DNA from: Vicugna vicugna
Taxonomy: Eukaryota
DNA: 64,000 bases
Assembly (NCBI GenBank): GCA_013265495.1
Contig: MU058037.1
Coordinates: forward strand, 1,427,498-1,491,497
Direction: 5' to 3'
Shown here: positions 61,749 to 64,000 of the stretch, piece after piece
How the letters are laid out: the number at the start of each line of letters is the position of its first letter
Numbering within the stretch: the first letter of the stretch is position 1
Translations under genes and position numbers: made by a program
Notes under the pieces: model-generated
Databases searched by the model: none
Seen by the model: the letters and a program-made list of their open reading frames with translations, nothing else
What the model was told of the DNA's origin: nothing

Positions 61749-63447
61749 TAAAAATTCTAGATTGCCAATTTTGTCAGTAATCATTTGAGCTATATATTTA
61801 CCAGTACGTGTTAATGAATTTGTGAGACTCCCTTAAATGTAGCATTCTAAAAAAAAATTTTTTAAAGACGGTACCTAAAACTGGCCCCAGAGCCAGTCCC
61901 TTAACTTGAGGGTATCACCTTTAGGATGAAAAAGTAGCTTCATTTAAGTTTCATATTCAATTTTTGGCTCTGCTGCTGAGGTTAGCAACTACTGTTAAGT
62001 ATGACTGTTATCAGCACATGCTAGCATTAATTATTCTATAACAAATTTTAGCTTCCTAATCATATATCTAAGTTAGAACTATAATCTAAAAATACAAAAA
62101 TCCCTTTAAATAACAACATTTTAATTCTCTGTTATTGGTTCATCCTTCAGTGCCTGCAACACCTAGAGGATTTTAAGGGGTGGGGGCAGGGCAGAGGACT
62201 GCAAAAAGGAGGAACTGCTTTAGGGGCTAAGAAGAAGATGGAAGTGAGATAAGGAAGTTTAACTGAGAATGGTTTGGAGCCAACAAGGCACAAAATCATA
62301 AGGTCATTCAGAGTAACTGAATGGAATTGTAAAAACGAGGATTCATTTGAAGAGCATAATTCCATTTCATAAAATCACAGGCCAGGAAAGGACCCTGAGG
62401 AATTATTTAGGAGTTATCATTCTTTTTGCCTCAAGGCAAGACTGCATCTAAAAGCCAGATATAATTTCATAGAGCAGAGGGTAGGGGAGAAATGAGAGGC
62501 CTAAGAGATGTGAATTAGAGTAGTTTAGATATCAGGTAGCCTAATGTATTATTAGTTTTTCAGTTCTTGAGGGAAAGTAAAGGAAAAAAGCAATTCACAT
62601 TATAGTTTCAGGACTTAAGGGAGGCAGAAGTATTTTCACATAGTAAATTTTTATTTTATAATACCCTTCTGTATTACCTAATACTGTAGGGAGTATATAT
62701 TTTTTTGAAAAAAAAAATTCTTACCCAGTTTCCATTCTCCCCAATTCTTAAAGTTTGTGGAATATGGGGCCAGATGATTGATTTTTTTATAAAATTTCAG
62801 TGTAATTTTACTTCAAGGGTAAGTAAAGATTTAATATAAAAAGTGACAAACAGAACTAAAAACTGAAAGTTTTCATTTCTTTCTTGCCATTATGGGCAGG
62901 GGGAAGCATTCAGTCAAAGGATGACATAATTCTACAAAGAATCTGGTTTGGCAGCTGTTAGAAGAATCAAGTATGGATTTATCTCTGGGCAGCACATTTG
63001 AACAAGGAATCACAATGAGACGGAACACAGAAACACTTCCAAGTAGAGTAATGGACTAGAGATAGCAGAGATCAGTAAGGCCCCCTTCCCCCAGCCCTGC
63101 ACACCATACACATAGGCAACACCACAAGACGCAGCAGTGGGATGAGGAAGGATGAAGGATTGAGATGCCAGGCTACCACAAAATGCCACCAATTACTTAA
63201 CATTTTAAGACTAGACAAAGAGTCCTTTTATTTTTAAAGGAGAGGGGTGAGGGGCAGAGTCACATTATAAAATCTGACTCACTGTGCTCAACAGTCAAAA
63301 CAACACAGAACTCAACATTCAAGACAAAAACAGACCTTTATTTCCTTTTATAATTTTCAATTGGTTTCCTTGCCTTTTTTTTTTTTCTCAGATGAATACC
63401 AATTAAGTCAACTGGGGCTACTGTTGCAACTGAAATCGTGAAAGCAC

Positions 63448-63678
63448 CTTTATCTTCTTCTCTTTCTGCCCTCTTCTTCTTCGTCTCCTTCTCACTTCTC
63501 TTCTGGTTTCTTTCTTTTTTTAAACCCTTGCTTCTCTTCTTCTAGAAGAGACTTGCTTTGGAAGAGGAGGCAAGCACTTGGTGAGGTCTGCTTCCTGATT
63601 GATTTTCTTTCAGTGCGCCAGTTCACCATTGGAGCACTGGCCACAACTCAGCTCTTTGGTAATTTGAGTGACTGTTTT
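63448..63678 (-). other. Degenerate or poison cassette exon in a CNKSR2 intron
   Basis: 231 nt; ACTTTCAG acceptor, AAG|GTGCTT donor; phase 1-1; two in-frame stops; K/E/R-rich tail. Confidence 0.4.
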
Positions 63679-64000
63679 CTGAAAGTTTGGCAAAGTATCG
63701 AAGACCACATGCAAACCACAGGACATGTATAGGACCTTCTGTAATTCCTAATGAGGAAGTGTCTCACCGCTACAATGACATTTTAATTTGTATCTAACGT
63801 ATTCATGAATTCTGGGCCTATGCAGGAGTAAATTCTCTCTCAAATTATATTTATGTTTACAACATATAAATTAGTCCTGTGTCAGATGACACTTTTTTTA
63901 TTCCAATTTCAATAAAGCAAAGAGAACATACATACAAAGTTCTTTTTCCTATGCAAAATTTCATTAATAGATTTGAGGATCACAATGAAGTTACTGACAA

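Overview
Mammalian genomic DNA. Camelid-type tRNA-derived SINEs and L1 3' ends point to a camel or alpaca. Gene content matches the X-linked SMPX-KLHL34-CNKSR2 interval. Bases 1-12774 are the last intron of SMPX (+), and its non-coding terminal exon lies at 12775-~13205. KLHL34 (+) is an intact single-exon 651-aa BTB-BACK-Kelch CDS at 52183-54138 inside a CpG island. The last two coding exons and 3' UTR of CNKSR2 (-) converge on it. The rest is rich in ancient eutherian repeats (MIR, L2, L3, MLT1, MER5/MER20/MER63, Tigger, L1M) and younger camelid SINE/L1 copies. The main unexpected signal is in the ~36 kb between SMPX and KLHL34. It holds at least 15 minus-strand exon-like segments whose frames are broken by stops and frameshifts. 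Most have a splice acceptor and several have a donor. In order they resemble the Cys-rich / cupredoxin-like / membrane-proximal / helical / conserved C-terminal layout of the Gm9195 / zebrafish si:ch211-286b4.4-type protein family. That resemblance is recalled from memory, not searched. This is a candidate unannotated unitary pseudogene, head-to-head with KLHL34. Other notable items: a stop-containing symmetric cassette exon in a CNKSR2 intron, a uORF overlapping the KLHL34 start (ATGA), and interleaved convergent poly(A) signals. Repeat subfamily names are by eye and approximate.
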